A stretch of 64,000 bases of DNA from Eremomyces bilateralis CBS 781.70 (lineage: Eukaryota): assembly GCA_010015585.1 (NCBI GenBank), contig ML975149.1; one strand, written 5' to 3'. Position numbers and translations under genes: made by a program. Shown here one piece after another: positions 36,801 through 49,081 of this stretch (its first letter is position 1; each line of letters begins with the position of its first letter). The notes under the pieces are model-generated. The model did no database searches and was not told where the DNA came from. It saw nothing but the letters and a program-made list of their open reading frames with translations.

Positions 36801-39722
36801 GACGCGAGTGGTAGGGTCATAATTCGTAGGGTGATATCGGAGACTCAAGGAGGCCACGACAAAAGTGAGCGCCGAACGGTCACCGTCAAGGACACTGCCA
36901 ACTCGGAGGCTGCCACGTTTCCCCCTATTTGCGGCTCTATCATTGGTTCATCCTACGTGCCTTCCTCACTACCCACAACACGCCCAACCATACGAACGCG
37001 AAATTCTCCCCTTACCTCACCATCTTCGTTGGTTCCGCTATTGTGTATCTATCCAACGACCTCCCTCCGAGTAAAAATACCAAACCCAGAGAATCCCGCC
37101 GTGTTACTTCACTGTTCATCGCCGATATCACCCAGTACCGAGCAGCCCTGAACACTTTTTTTCCGCTGGAACCCATCCCTGATCAGGATCTCACAAATCC
37201 CTTGTTTTCGTACCTGAAGCTAACCCAAGCTTAACCATTGGCTCAGGACCCCCCCCTACGCCCGACCTTGCGGCTCTGCCGCCCATTGGCTAGGTTCCCC
37301 TAGGCCCTCGAGTCGCCCTGACGCGGTCGCGTCACCCCTGGCTGCCACCAACGTGCTAGATGCGACGCTGGGTGCTCTGGGCTTGGCGTTCAGGTCTTCA
37401 GGATCACTGCGATCCTTCGCAGTGGCCTGGCTGGGGCTGGAGTTGGTTTCTCTGTTGGGGGTTGGCAGCACGCCAGCACCAGACGATGATGCTGCAGTCC
37501 GGCAGCCGCAAGAGAGCGGGAGAGCATCACGCATGTCGCACGCGGACTGGTGGCGGGGGACGCGTTTGGAGCGGCGGGTCAGAGGAGGAGGGAATCGTCG
37601 CCAGGCCTATCCTCCCGCCCGACAGATTGGTTCCCTAATCCCCAGCCACTATTGAGGGACCGAAGGAAGCAGAGCTGGGGTGTTTCTGACTCGGGCATCT
37701 CTGATCCCACTGCTCACATCACCAATCAGTATCCACTGCGGCTGTTAAAAGCGGTTGAAAGTACAGGTAAGACAGAGAAGCGTGATCTGTAAATTTCCAA
37801 AGTATGCTTGCTGAGCTGCTGTTGAGATGGGTCAAAAAGCTCACTTGTGTGTCCCGATTTTTTGGGGAAGTATTCCGTATCCCTTCGACCGCTGAAGCAT
37901 GCTGCAGTTCTGCGACTCCATCAGCCGCAAGGGCATGTTGGACCAATTCATATTCGGAGTCCGACAACGACACCTTGCGCTTATATTTAGAGTTCGACTA
38001 CCTTCACGCGAAATCCCGAATATCAAACACGTCCGATCCTGTAGTACAATGTTTATCCAACATCCCCAATACTGTCAGCTCGCTTTCCTCCATCCCTCCG
38101 GCACCTGAAACGCGAGCGTCACAGTTCCGTTTCGAGCGTCCGCCCCTTTTCACCACTCGTCCATCAACTTATGGAAATCATGAACCGAATACTTCGGGGT
38201 TATATCTTTATTGCTATAGGAACGCATAATCCAGGCAGTATTGACACAGTTGAGGATGTCTCAGCCCCCAGCTCCGAAGAAAATGCAGCAAATCTGCTCA
38301 CCTTGACACCATGATGAGGACCGGATGAACCCACCCATTGGGGTTGAAGGACTGTTGTTCACCGGTACGGAACATATTGCGCCATGTGTGATGTCTACTG
38401 CGGCGCTGGAGGCATCGGCCTTGCGGAATTCCTCATGAATTGAGTCTCTGCCGGAGCGAAACAGGGAACGCTTGCGGTCGATGGCTGATCTATCTTTCTA
38501 GTCGCTCTAACATCAGCTGATATATCCGGTACAAGTGAAGGTTCGCAGATCCGTCCTGGCTTATCATTTGAAATCCTCTTAGCATGCTACGACGGTCTCG
38601 AACTTTGCTATTCTACGGAAGCAACCGAGACCGAGGAGAATGCTACGGGTATATTTTAGAGACATCATCGCAAAAAGAATAGGGGCAAAGTCTCTGGCTA
38701 ACGCAAGGTTTAACACAGAAGAATCGATGACGAAGCAAAGATCAGTCTAATGTCCTATCCTCGATCCGTTGAAGCCTTCTAACGGCTGTTTCAACCTTCA
38801 AGTCTCAACGATAGGCGTCTAAAACATCGGTACGTGAAGACTTAAGTACTAAGTATATAGTACTACCTACCTGCAACAAATGCATTGTAATCATGAATCC
38901 AGATTGTCAAATCACAAATAGCACAATTGGAAGGGAAATGCTCGTCCCAACTCCCGACCCTCAAGGACTTCAAAACTAAAAAAAAAAAAGCGAAGGAGTT
39001 GCTGGTCGGAATATACCAAAGGAATTTAAGCCACAGGATCATCATCTATGCGTGGTTGATGAGTTGGGGAGTAGGCGATCCTCATCATCCCCAACTTTTT
39101 CGCAAGGCTATGCCACACCAGCCCAGATATCCTATTCATTCATGATCCTTCAATTGCATCAATGCATTGCAAAGTGTCGAGGCGATTCCATGTTTCAGCC
39201 CCATCCCTAATGTTTCGCATCCAATTTATGGCATTGGAAATGATGAACTCTGCTCGTTTTAAAAAAAAATAGCAGACCGCCGTATCGTTGCGATGCCACT
39301 GTTTCCATTCGACAACTAGGTCTGTTGCTACAGTATCTTTCATCAATAAGAGTACTCGTGCTTGAGCGCAAACACGTTCCTCCAAGTTAAGGAATGCTAT
39401 TCAGGAGACGGTTGCCTTCGATACCTCAGGTTCGTTGAATTCGTCAGCTCTCGCCGGCCTTTTTGAGCCTCGCGGATTCGTGTATCAGGACGCTCCCTCA
39501 ACTTGAAAGAAAGAGCTAGGAAGAGGTTTAGAAGGACCGCCATTCACAGGCTACATCTGTCCAGCCTATTTTATTGGAGTTAGAGGAGTTAAGAAGGAGT
39601 CATGTTTTTGGTCCCACGAGCGGCGTCCACGACTTCATACGACAGAGCTTTCTCTCCTCTCTCATGATAATGCTTCAACTGCATATGCTCCTTCTCTTGC
39701 ACCCGACAATCCTATCCGGCCG

Positions 39723-41915
39723 CTGTCTCGTCGTTCACGATGGCGTCCTGCTCGTCTCACCGGTTGGCGCTTTACTGTCCTGACCGGGTTTTTCGCAACC
39801 TCTGCGGTTTTCCTCAGCAATCTCATCCTGACCGTTTGGGCCATCTACTCTCGCTCGAAGTTCTCTGACGTCAATGCCGGCAGGTATATCCTCTATGAGG
39901 GGTCCTGCACGGATATCCGGCCGATAAATACCGTCACTCATTTAATCATCAACTTCCTGTCGACTGTGCTGCTGAGCACAAGTAATTTTGCGATGCAGTG
40001 TCTGTCCGCGCCGACGAGACGGGAGGTGGATAGAGAGCATCAACGAGAGAAGTGGCTGGATATCGGGGTGCCAAATGTGCGGAATCTGATAAAAATAAGG
40101 TGGACGAGGAGGTGGATGTGGATACTACTAGGATTCTCCAGCCTACCACTACATTTGTTCTACAATTCCACCGTATTCCCTTCCATCTCTGCCAACAAGT
40201 ATGTAGTCTTCTTTGCCAATGAAGCCTTTGCAGACCCCGAATCCGGTGCAGTCAACAATCGTCTCCCGAACCGAGACCGCCGTTTGGTACCCCTAGTTGA
40301 CACCCTCCGTCAAAAGGTGATTGACGGCAGCCTTGAACGACTGGATCCTCTGGCCTGCATAAATGCATATGCCCAGCAATTCCAGACCGCGCACCAAAAC
40401 GTCGTCCTTATCGAATCCCACCCCGAAGGCGCATTGAACTCCACCGAGTCAACAGTCACCCATGGGCGGGAAGTCGAGCCCGTCTCTATGCGCGTCAGTT
40501 TCGCGAAGAACTGCGTCCCGGATGAATATTCGTGGATCTGCTCTGGATCCGTTCGCGATTCTAATTCGGATCCTTGCGAGAATCCATGCCAGGACTTGAT
40601 AGGAAAGGTCAAGGACAGCCCGGACACGTGGGACCCGCTCATAAAGGGTCCAACGTGCTGTATTGCCTTGCGGAACCGGTGGAAGAGCGGTGCAAGTTGC
40701 AGTTCAGCTTGCAGATCGCGATCCTAGTGATTGTGCTGAACTTTGTGAAATCGGTGCTGTTGCTAGCGTTGGCGTACGGGGTTAGAGAGTCGCCGCTGAT
40801 GACTATTGGAGATGCGGTTGCGTCGTTTTTGCAGAAGCCGGATATCACTACGGAGGGCATGTGTTTGTTGAGCAAACACGAGATTATCAAGCCTGGTCGC
40901 GTAGGACTTTCTACCGAGCCGAGGATGGCGAGGCTGAAGTGGGAGCCATATGTCAAAGGTGCAAGTATAAGCCGGTGGGCGTTTACTATTGGAATGTGAG
41001 TGGAAGACACTGATGACCTCGTTTCTAGACATTACATGCTAATGCTGATTTAGATGCACCTTTGCCCTTATCGTCTGCGCCAGTCTTCTTGGACTGGGCA
41101 TCAAGCAGCTCCACGGCCCTCATACTCCCTCCTTCATCTTCTCGCTCGGGCTCGGTGCTATATCCCCCTCAACCTTAATCACAGGCTGGGACATCCCTTC
41201 TGCAGCGGTCGCTGGCCTTATCGGAAATATCATGGTCGCCAACTCCCCTCAACCCATATTTTCTTTTATCTACTTTACTTGTAACGGATTGATGACGTCC
41301 GTCGCGATGGCAGCGGAATGGGTTAGTTACTCTACAGACAGGAAAGGCCTGCGAGTGAGTAGCAAGGGCCAAGGGGCACAAAGAAGCAGGTACTTCTTGC
41401 AGTTGCCATATCGCTATTCTCTACCCTTGATGGTGGCCAGCGGTCTACTACATTGGCTTATCTCGCAGAGTCTATTCCTCGTCTCCGTCGAGCACTACGG
41501 TATCGAGCTCGGTACCATGTCGGGGTCATCTAGCAGGGTCAATGAAGGCCGAATTCATCTTGAACGTTCAGATCTCGTGACGTGCGGATACTCACCGCTG
41601 GCGATTTCATTGTCTATCATTGCTGGGGGTCTCTTGATTTTTGTTGCCCTGTATGTTGGGAGCAGGAGGATGCCTGCCACTGGGATGCCGGTCGCGGGAA
41701 GTTGTAGTCTTGCAATTGCGGCAGCCTGCCATATGGCGAGGAGGGATGCTACTGGCGATGTGAAAGGCGATGATGACTTGGGGAGCAGCACGGCAATAGA
41801 ACCAGTGCAGTGGGAAGTGGTCTCCGATAATATAGAGAGGGTGGGACACTGTGCGTTCTTGGCTGAGCCGGTATCAACTCCTCTCCAAGGCGGTTTGTAT
41901 GCCGGTAGTAGTTAG
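39723..41915 (+). pseudogene. DUF6536-like multi-pass membrane protein, frameshifted (pseudogene or assembly error)
   Basis: Frame 1 carries GWR..LYEGSC..HLIINFLSTVLLSTSNFAMQCLSAPTRREVDREHQREKWLDIGVPNVRNL and LLGFSSLPLHLFYNS. The conserved YCLAEPVEERCKLQFS continues in the -1 frame at about 40645 with no intron. Intron 40996-41053; last exon has RSRYFLQLPYRYSLPL and MPVAGSCSLAIAAACH. No in-frame ATG near the 5' end. Confidence 0.75.
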
Positions 41916-42558
41916 ATAGCATAATTATTCTACATCTTATCGCCATAAGCTGTAGATAAACTAGTGGACAGCCAGATGTGGTCCTGTCAGGGGTATCCAT
42001 AATGCATCCGGACCCTAGTATATTTAGACCATCTCCAATGGACGAGATTAATGGCCCTGAAGCATACTTCCAGGCTCCAAAAGTTCAAATCTTATCGGAT
42101 CTGATTATCATAGAAATGGTTTATATTTTGTGAATCGACGGTTGATGATTGATGTGCTTTTGGAGGATGAATGACTCATGGAATCTCGATGCTTGCACCG
42201 CTCCACCAATTTTCCTCGAGTCAGCCACGATAACTGGATCCCTCAGCTCCTTAACGACGTCAATACCTAACATCTACAGCTGAAGAAGCTAGTTTCGGGG
42301 TTCACGAGTAAGCGCACGCGATGATGAGGTTTAACACTTATCATCAGTCTTGGCAAGGCAGTGTCAACTATGGTATCACACGTCATTCGGTCTAGGCCAG
42401 GGCGGGCAGCAGTGAACTGGTCTGCGAACTCAAGAATCACATATCACTATCTTCCCCGGCTTCGAGCAGGTAGTGCCGGCCTCGCCTCGATTAAGAAATC
42501 TAGAAGTAAGAGAATTTGTACTGCTCCCTAGTCATCGTTTCAGCGCCAGCACGTCCAG

Positions 42559-44132
42559 ATGCCTTTCAGACCGTTCAGGCAGTCCCGACTCAAATTTCCT
42601 ATTCGGGTCACTCGTCCTCAATCTTCTGTCGCAAAATCCCTTTCCTTAGAGGTTCCTATAGAAGAGGAGCGTCTGCCCTTCTATAAATGGAAGGATTACT
42701 ATCATCCAAACCCGGGTGACGTATTGAACAAACGGTATAAGCTCAAGGTTAAGCTTGGATGGGGAACTTCATCCACTGTTTGGTTGGCACAAGACATCGG
42801 CTTGTCAGGGACCTTTCGACCCATTGGCCTACGATATGATGACTGACTGGTCGGCAGTTGTAATCGGACAACAGGGCCCGAATCTGTTGCCATCAAAATC
42901 AGTACGAACAACGTTGAAGACGAAGATGCACACCACGAGCTTGATATCTCTACTCGTATCGCTCGTACTAATCCACATCACGAGGGACGCTCCGCTTTAC
43001 TGGTCGCAGACGACCATTTTACCATTGATACCGCAAACGGATCGCACGTTTGTCTTGTTTTTGAACCGATGAGGGAGTCGATTTGGCTTTTCAAAAGAGG
43101 GTTCAGCAAAGGCAACGAGCTCACACCAAGCATTGTACCGCTTTTCAAAACATATCTTCGCATAGTCTTAAGTGGTCTTGACTATCTGCACTCGGAATGC
43201 AAACTCATCCATACGGGTAACCTCCTCGTTCCTCTTCCATGAGTCCAGCTAACTAAGTCCAAAAGATCTGAAACTGGACAATATCTTAATGACCTTTGAG
43301 GACAGGCCAGCCATTGACCGTTTCATCCAGGCTCAAACCGAGAATCCGATGGCCCGAAAGGTCTTTACTGATCATACCGTGTATCGCTCCCAGAGAAATT
43401 TTGGAGACATCAAGTGGCCATCAGGTGTCAGAAATATGATGCCAAAACTGGCAGATTTTGGCGTTGCACAACGAGGAGACCAGCCGGGACGATTGATTTT
43501 CCCTATACAGCCAAACCATTGCCGTGCCCCTGAGGTTCTTCTTGGTGCTGGGTGGTCATACAGCGCGGATATATGGAATTTCGGGATCATAGTAAGCCTG
43601 AACCGATGACCGTCCGCTATGCTTCGCTAATAGACATAGGTATGGGACCTTCTTGCGGGCACAGAACTGTTCCTGGATCCCAAGAGGACTGGGATATCTT
43701 ATAGCGCTGCTCATCACTTGGCCGAGATGATCGCTCTCCTCGGGCCCGCACCCGAGTCACTGATTCAACGGGCGAGGTCCCTACGGCGTTGGAGATGGCA
43801 TGAGGAAATCCAAAATCCCGAGGGTAAGCTTTGCAAGAATGTAGCAGAATTTTTCGGCGGACCCTTTTACTCTAGCGATGGTATGTTGAGCCATAGCACT
43901 GCCCCTCCCAAACCATTTACTCACTTTAGCAGGCGAGTTCCTCCACGATAGTCTAATCCCTTCTCAGCGCGTATGGGTAGATGAGGTCCCGAAATGCATT
44001 CTAGATGAAGATAAAACCCGCTTCTTACGCTTCATAAGGAGGATGCTCTGCTGGGACCCGGATGCTAGACCGACCGCGAAAGAGTTGGTCCACGACCCCT
44101 GGTTGGATGTTAAAGTCCGCCCTGATGATTAG
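42559..44132 (+). CDS. SRPK-like (CMGC) protein kinase of the fungal expanded subfamily
   Basis: Exons 42559-42803, 42858-43216, 43266-43591, 43640-43880, 43933-44132. Motifs KLGWGTSSTVWLAQD, VAIKI, HVCLVFEPMRES, IHTDLKLDNIL, LADFG, IQPNHCRAPEVLLG, RPTAKELVHDPWL. Confidence 0.88.
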
Positions 44133-44536
44133 GCGGCGAACAGGCTAATCTAGTTTCCGCTGTGATTCTGGGAGGGCGTACATTGCCCTCTGGAGCATGA
44201 TAACAATAAAAGTCCTCAGATGTTTCCGTTTGGCATGGGGATAGTTCAAATATCAGGGGGCCGAACCTCTGGCCTAGGAAATCAGCTATATGTTATCTGA
44301 AGAGACTTTTCATTCAGAAAATCAATCAAGCACTCCTCTCCTTCCCTTGTACACCTAAAGGTAATAGAAGTACGGAGAACTCCGCATCACACTTTGCACT
44401 TCAGCCCACGTCCATTTTGATGTCGAGGATCGATTGGCCTTACGTAATCAAGGCGATAACGTGTTACGTGATAGGGTGACAGCTTGCCAAGCTGCCATCT
44501 ACTTGGAGGATTCTGCATCAGCATCAGCTTCATGTT

Positions 44537-44567
44537 TGCTTCTGCTTCAGCTTCTGCTTCTGCTTCA
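44537..44567. repeat. Hexamer microsatellite (WGCTTC)x5
   Basis: tgcttc tgcttc agcttc tgcttc tgcttc upstream of DBR1. Confidence 0.75.
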
Positions 44568-44810
44568 TTTGCCAGGCATTAAGGCCGCAAGGCCGTAATA
44601 TGCTCCCTCATTTGGCACCACTGAAGACGTCACACAAAAGTTCCGGTCAAGAGAAGAGTTCCGAATATACGTACGGAATTCCTAAAGTTTCCTAGCGTGT
44701 GTGATTGCTCAAGTGCTCTGATTTTCCTCTTTTTCAGTTGTGTGCCGGATCCGCTCCGAGAATGCCTGGATCAGAACTAAAATTGATCTAAGAGATCGAC
44801 CGTTACAAGC

Positions 44811-46608
44811 ATGGACGAACCGCGAAAGGCGCTCCGAGTAGCATACGAAGGCTGCGTACGACTCCCGTTTTCTGGCCACAGGGACATGTACTGACTGTTC
44901 TCAGGGCCATGGAACACTCGATGCCATCTACGCTTCTACGGAGAAAGCCTGCGAGGCGAAAGGGTGGGATGGGATAGATCTGTTGATTATTGGAGGGGAT
45001 TTCCAAGTATGGCATTGAACACCCCCACTCGAAGCAAGATACCAATTCTGACGCATGCAGGCCGCTCGCAACGCCGCCGACATGAATACCATGGCAATGC
45101 CCCCGAAATACCGCACCATGGCCGACTTCCACCGCTACTACTGTGGCGAGCGAACCGCACCCTACCTCACCATCTTCATCGGCGGCAACCATGAAGTGAG
45201 CAACTACCTTCAGGAGCTCTTCTACGGCGGCTGGGTGGCACCAAATATCTACTTCATGGGGAACGTGAACGTGGTCAAGCTCGCCGGCGTCCGCATCGCG
45301 GGGTTGTCGGGGATCTGGAAAGGGTATAGCTACAACAAGCCGCATATCGAACGGCTGCCGTATAACGACGGCGAAATGCGGAGTATTTACCATGTGCGGG
45401 AAGTGGATGTCCGGAAGCTGCTGAGGATACGGGAGCCTGTGGATGTTGGCATTAGTCATGATTGGCCCCGCGGGGTGGAATGGCACGGCGACTGGGCGCA
45501 ATTGTTTAGGAAGAAGAGCCAGTTTGAACAGGAGGCGAGGGATGGCACGCTGGGGAGCGTGGCGGCGGAGAAGGTGCTCGATCGAATCCGGCCGAAATAC
45601 TGGTTCAGTGCGCATATGCATATCAAGTTCGCCGCGATCGTCAAGCATCAACCTGGCGTGGCGTCGCTGGGAAGCCGGTGGAGCAGCAAGGGACAGAGCC
45701 ATGAGGCGAAGGCGGGTCCTGCGACTGCGCCGGTAAAAAACGCGGATGAGATCAACCTAGATCTTGGAGACGAGGACAATAAAGCCACTAGCGGTAACCC
45801 CGATGAGATCGACCTGGACATGGACGATGAGGACGCGGCGCCGAAGCCTGATGTCCCCAAAGATCCAACTACCACCAACGATCCCGATCTTGTTCCAGAT
45901 TCCGTTCGGGCCGAGCTTCCTGAGGCCTTCCAGAAGAAACCGCAAGAGGAACAACAAGAGAAATCGAGGGCATGGTCGCCTCCTCCACCGGAGATCTCGA
46001 ATCGCGCCACGCATTTCCTTGCTCTCGACAAGTGTTTGCCTGGTCGACATTTTCTGCAGCTCCTGGAGATTCCAACGAGCGAGGACATTGCCGATGAAAA
46101 GCCTCGACTCGAGTACGATCCAGAATGGCTTTCCATTGTCAAGGCCATGGCCTCCGAGACTACGATCGGCGAAGGTGCCGAAGTCCCACCTTTCTTGGGC
46201 AGCACGACATACTACGAACGCATCGACGAAAATCGACGATGGGTGAGCGAGCACGTCGGTGACACAAAGATATATATTCCGGAGGACTTCAGCATCACTG
46301 CACCGGTTTATGATCCAGAGATGGGCGAGCGGACCGGTGAGATGCCGCGGGAGTACACGAACCCTCATACCGCAGCGTTTTGCAAAATGCTGGAGATTGA
46401 GAATGTCCTCGATGCGACTGAAGAGGAGAGAGAGGAACGGTATCAACGAGGCCCGAAGCCTGATGATGGCAGAGGTGGACGTGGAGGAAGAGGGGGTAGA
46501 GGAGGGTTTGGTAGGGGGAGAGGGAGAGGTGGAAGGGGACGGGGCGGGGGTGGATTTGGCGGGGGAAAAGGTGGTGGATGGCGAGGGAGAGGACGAGGAG
46601 GATACTGA
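44811..46608 (+). CDS. DBR1: RNA lariat debranching enzyme with RGG-rich tail
   Basis: Exons 44811-44855, 44905-45006, 45061-46608. Motifs EGC/GHG, GGDFQ/AARN, PPKYR, FIGGNHE, SIYHVRE, SHDWP, WFSAHMH, FLALDKCLP, LEYDPEWL. Confidence 0.95.
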
Positions 46609-47362
46609 ACGTGCGATGTGATACGGATATGATCGGTGAAACCGGACTACTTATGACATTATGGCGTTATATACCCCATCGCATCTGGGCAATGCATCGG
46701 CTCGGCACCAAAAAGTGCTTTCGGGACATCATGGAATGCGCGGCTACGTTTTAAACAAGCGAATTTCTTCATGGATTCTAGACAGTCCATCTACAGTGGC
46801 ATCCACCGACCTCCACTACCAAAGGAAGCGTTGTTCTCCATGACGACACGACGATGCCATGACAAGTCAAACTGACGTCCTGCTCTCTCGTGATAATCGC
46901 CTCGCTGGAATGCGAAATCCGGAAGGATCCGAAACACAATCGATGTATTTCATTCAAAAAATAGCATTAACTTCTCACATAAAAAACATCTTAACATTGA
47001 ACTTGATACCAATTTGATGTTAAGGGCTCTATCACCAGTTTTACTCATTTGAATCCATATTCTTCACTAGGATCATCCAAACGGAGGTGTCGATCTGCAG
47101 AGAGTGAACGACGTCATTGGCTGAGTCGATTGTTGTAACAGTAGCTCAACAGCCAGCTTGGGAATCTCCCTTCCTGGGCTATCGTCATCCTCACCACTAC
47201 ACTCAGCGCACACTTCTTCTGCAGTGTCGGAGTCGGAAGTATTTTCCACATCTTCTTTTGCTCCTCAAGGGGTATCTGCTCGTCATCTTCGGTCCATAGG
47301 CATCCGAATCCCACGAGTCCTCCCCAGACCGTCCACAGTCATCATATATTCAAACCGCAACG

Positions 47363-48725
47363 ATGCATCGGACCTATTCTATGCGCCAGTCGCGCGCCCC
47401 GACGGCGCAGCAGCTGCAGAACCCCCCGCCGCCGCCCTCGACGACGAAGGGTAGCCGGCTGTTTGGGAAGAGTAACATCGGTGCGTGCTCCATCCCCCAC
47501 ACCACGCGGATGCGCCGCATCCGCCTGAGACGGTGGCTCCGGCCTTCCCGTGTCGGTTCAGAATGCTAATGGATCATGTCTCCGCAGGCCACCAGTTCAG
47601 GCGAAACACCGCCGGAGCGTTCGGGCCCGAGCTGGCGAAGAAGCTGTCGACGTTGGTGAAGATGGAGAAGAATGCGATGCGCAGCATGGAGTTGGTCGGG
47701 AGGGAAAGAATGGAGGTCGCGGTAAGTCGACGATGGTATCAAGCCCGGTCAAGAACATGCGAGGCTGATATGCACACTAGCAACAACTGTCCATCTGGGG
47801 CGAAGCGTGCGATGACGATGTCTCCGACGTAACCGACAAGCTTGGGGTCCTGATATACGAGATTGGCGAATTAGAGGACCAGTTTGTCGATCGATACGAC
47901 CAATATCGTGTGACGCTCAAGAGCATTCGCAACATCGAAGCATCCGTTCAACCCAGCCGAGACCGTATGTACCTTTTCTCCCCACCAGCCCGCAGCAAGT
48001 CCCCAAGAAACGCCCACTGACACCACCCGCAGGCAAGCAGAAAATCACGGACCAAATCGCCCAGCTCAAATACAAAGAGCCCAACTCCCCACGCATCGTC
48101 GTCCTCGAGCAGGAGCTCGTCCGCGCGGAGGCCGAGTCCCTCGTCGCCGAAGCCCAGCTGTCCAACATCACCCGCGAGAAGCTCAAGGCCGCGTTCACCT
48201 ACCAATTCGACGCGCTCCGGGAACATTGCGAGAAATTGGCGATCATCGCCGGGTACGGGACGCATTTGCTGGAGTTGGTCGACGACACCCCGGTGACGCC
48301 CGGGGAGACGAGGAATGCATATGACGGATACGAAGCGAGCAAGGCGTGAGTCGTTCCTAGCCCACCATCCATCAGGAAGAGAGAAATGCAGAAAAGCTGA
48401 CGTGACGATTTGATACAGGATCATCCAAGACTGCGAGGACGCCCTCACCAACTGGGTCCATCAGCACGCCGCCGTCAAATCCAGCCTCTCCCAGCGCTCC
48501 CGCACCCTTTCCCAGCGCCGGAAGCACCGCAACCGCCAACATGAGGCGGTCGACCTCTCCGGCCAGGACAATCCGCACGCCGACCGCGAGTCGGGCATCT
48601 GGGTGCCGGCATCCGACCACCCGGGTTCGGACTACGCGGACGAGGATGAACTGGGAGTCGGGTATGGGAAGGGTGTGAACGGGGAGACGAGGGGCCGGGA
48701 GGAGGAGAGGGCGATTGTGGCGTAA
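47363..48725 (+). CDS. PIL1: Eisosome BAR-domain protein Pil1/Lsp1
   Basis: Exons 47363-47480, 47588-47721, 47781-47964, 48033-48345, 48419-48725. Sequence MHRTYSMRQSRAPTA..FGPELAKKLSTLVKMEKN..QLSIWGE..DKLGVLIYEIGELED..LEQELVRAEAESLVAEAQLSNITR. Confidence 0.93.
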
Positions 48726-49081
48726 GGGGCATTGGATGGGAGCGGAGGTGTGCGAGGTGAGATAGAAAGTAATTTGCAGATGGGCGGCAGCTGAGAGTTG
48801 AAGGGGGCTTCATCAGGCGACCCTCTGGGATAGGTCAACTTACGGAGCACAGGAATTTGGCAATTTGGGCGGGGGTTGGGGCGGTGGTGTTCATTGTGCA
48901 CATGCCTGAAAACAAATCTACCCTCTATCAGGGAGGGCTGGTTGGGAGTTCGTTGGCTTTGTGTGTGTATTTGTACATCGGATATTAGTAATTCTGTAAT
49001 TGCATTGAGTTGTGCGACCCATACATCGCCGTGTCATGAACCTTGATCTCACTATCCATCTGTATTAGCAAATCCGTGTGT

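Noticed and set aside
38188..38490. U3 snoRNA-like pattern (TACTTC..CTATAGGAA, ATGATGA, CTGA)
   Set aside because: Box A GGATCATTTCTATAG is not preserved, and there is no box B or terminal stem.
44803..45702. 299-aa minus-strand ORF
   Set aside because: Antisense shadow of DBR1.
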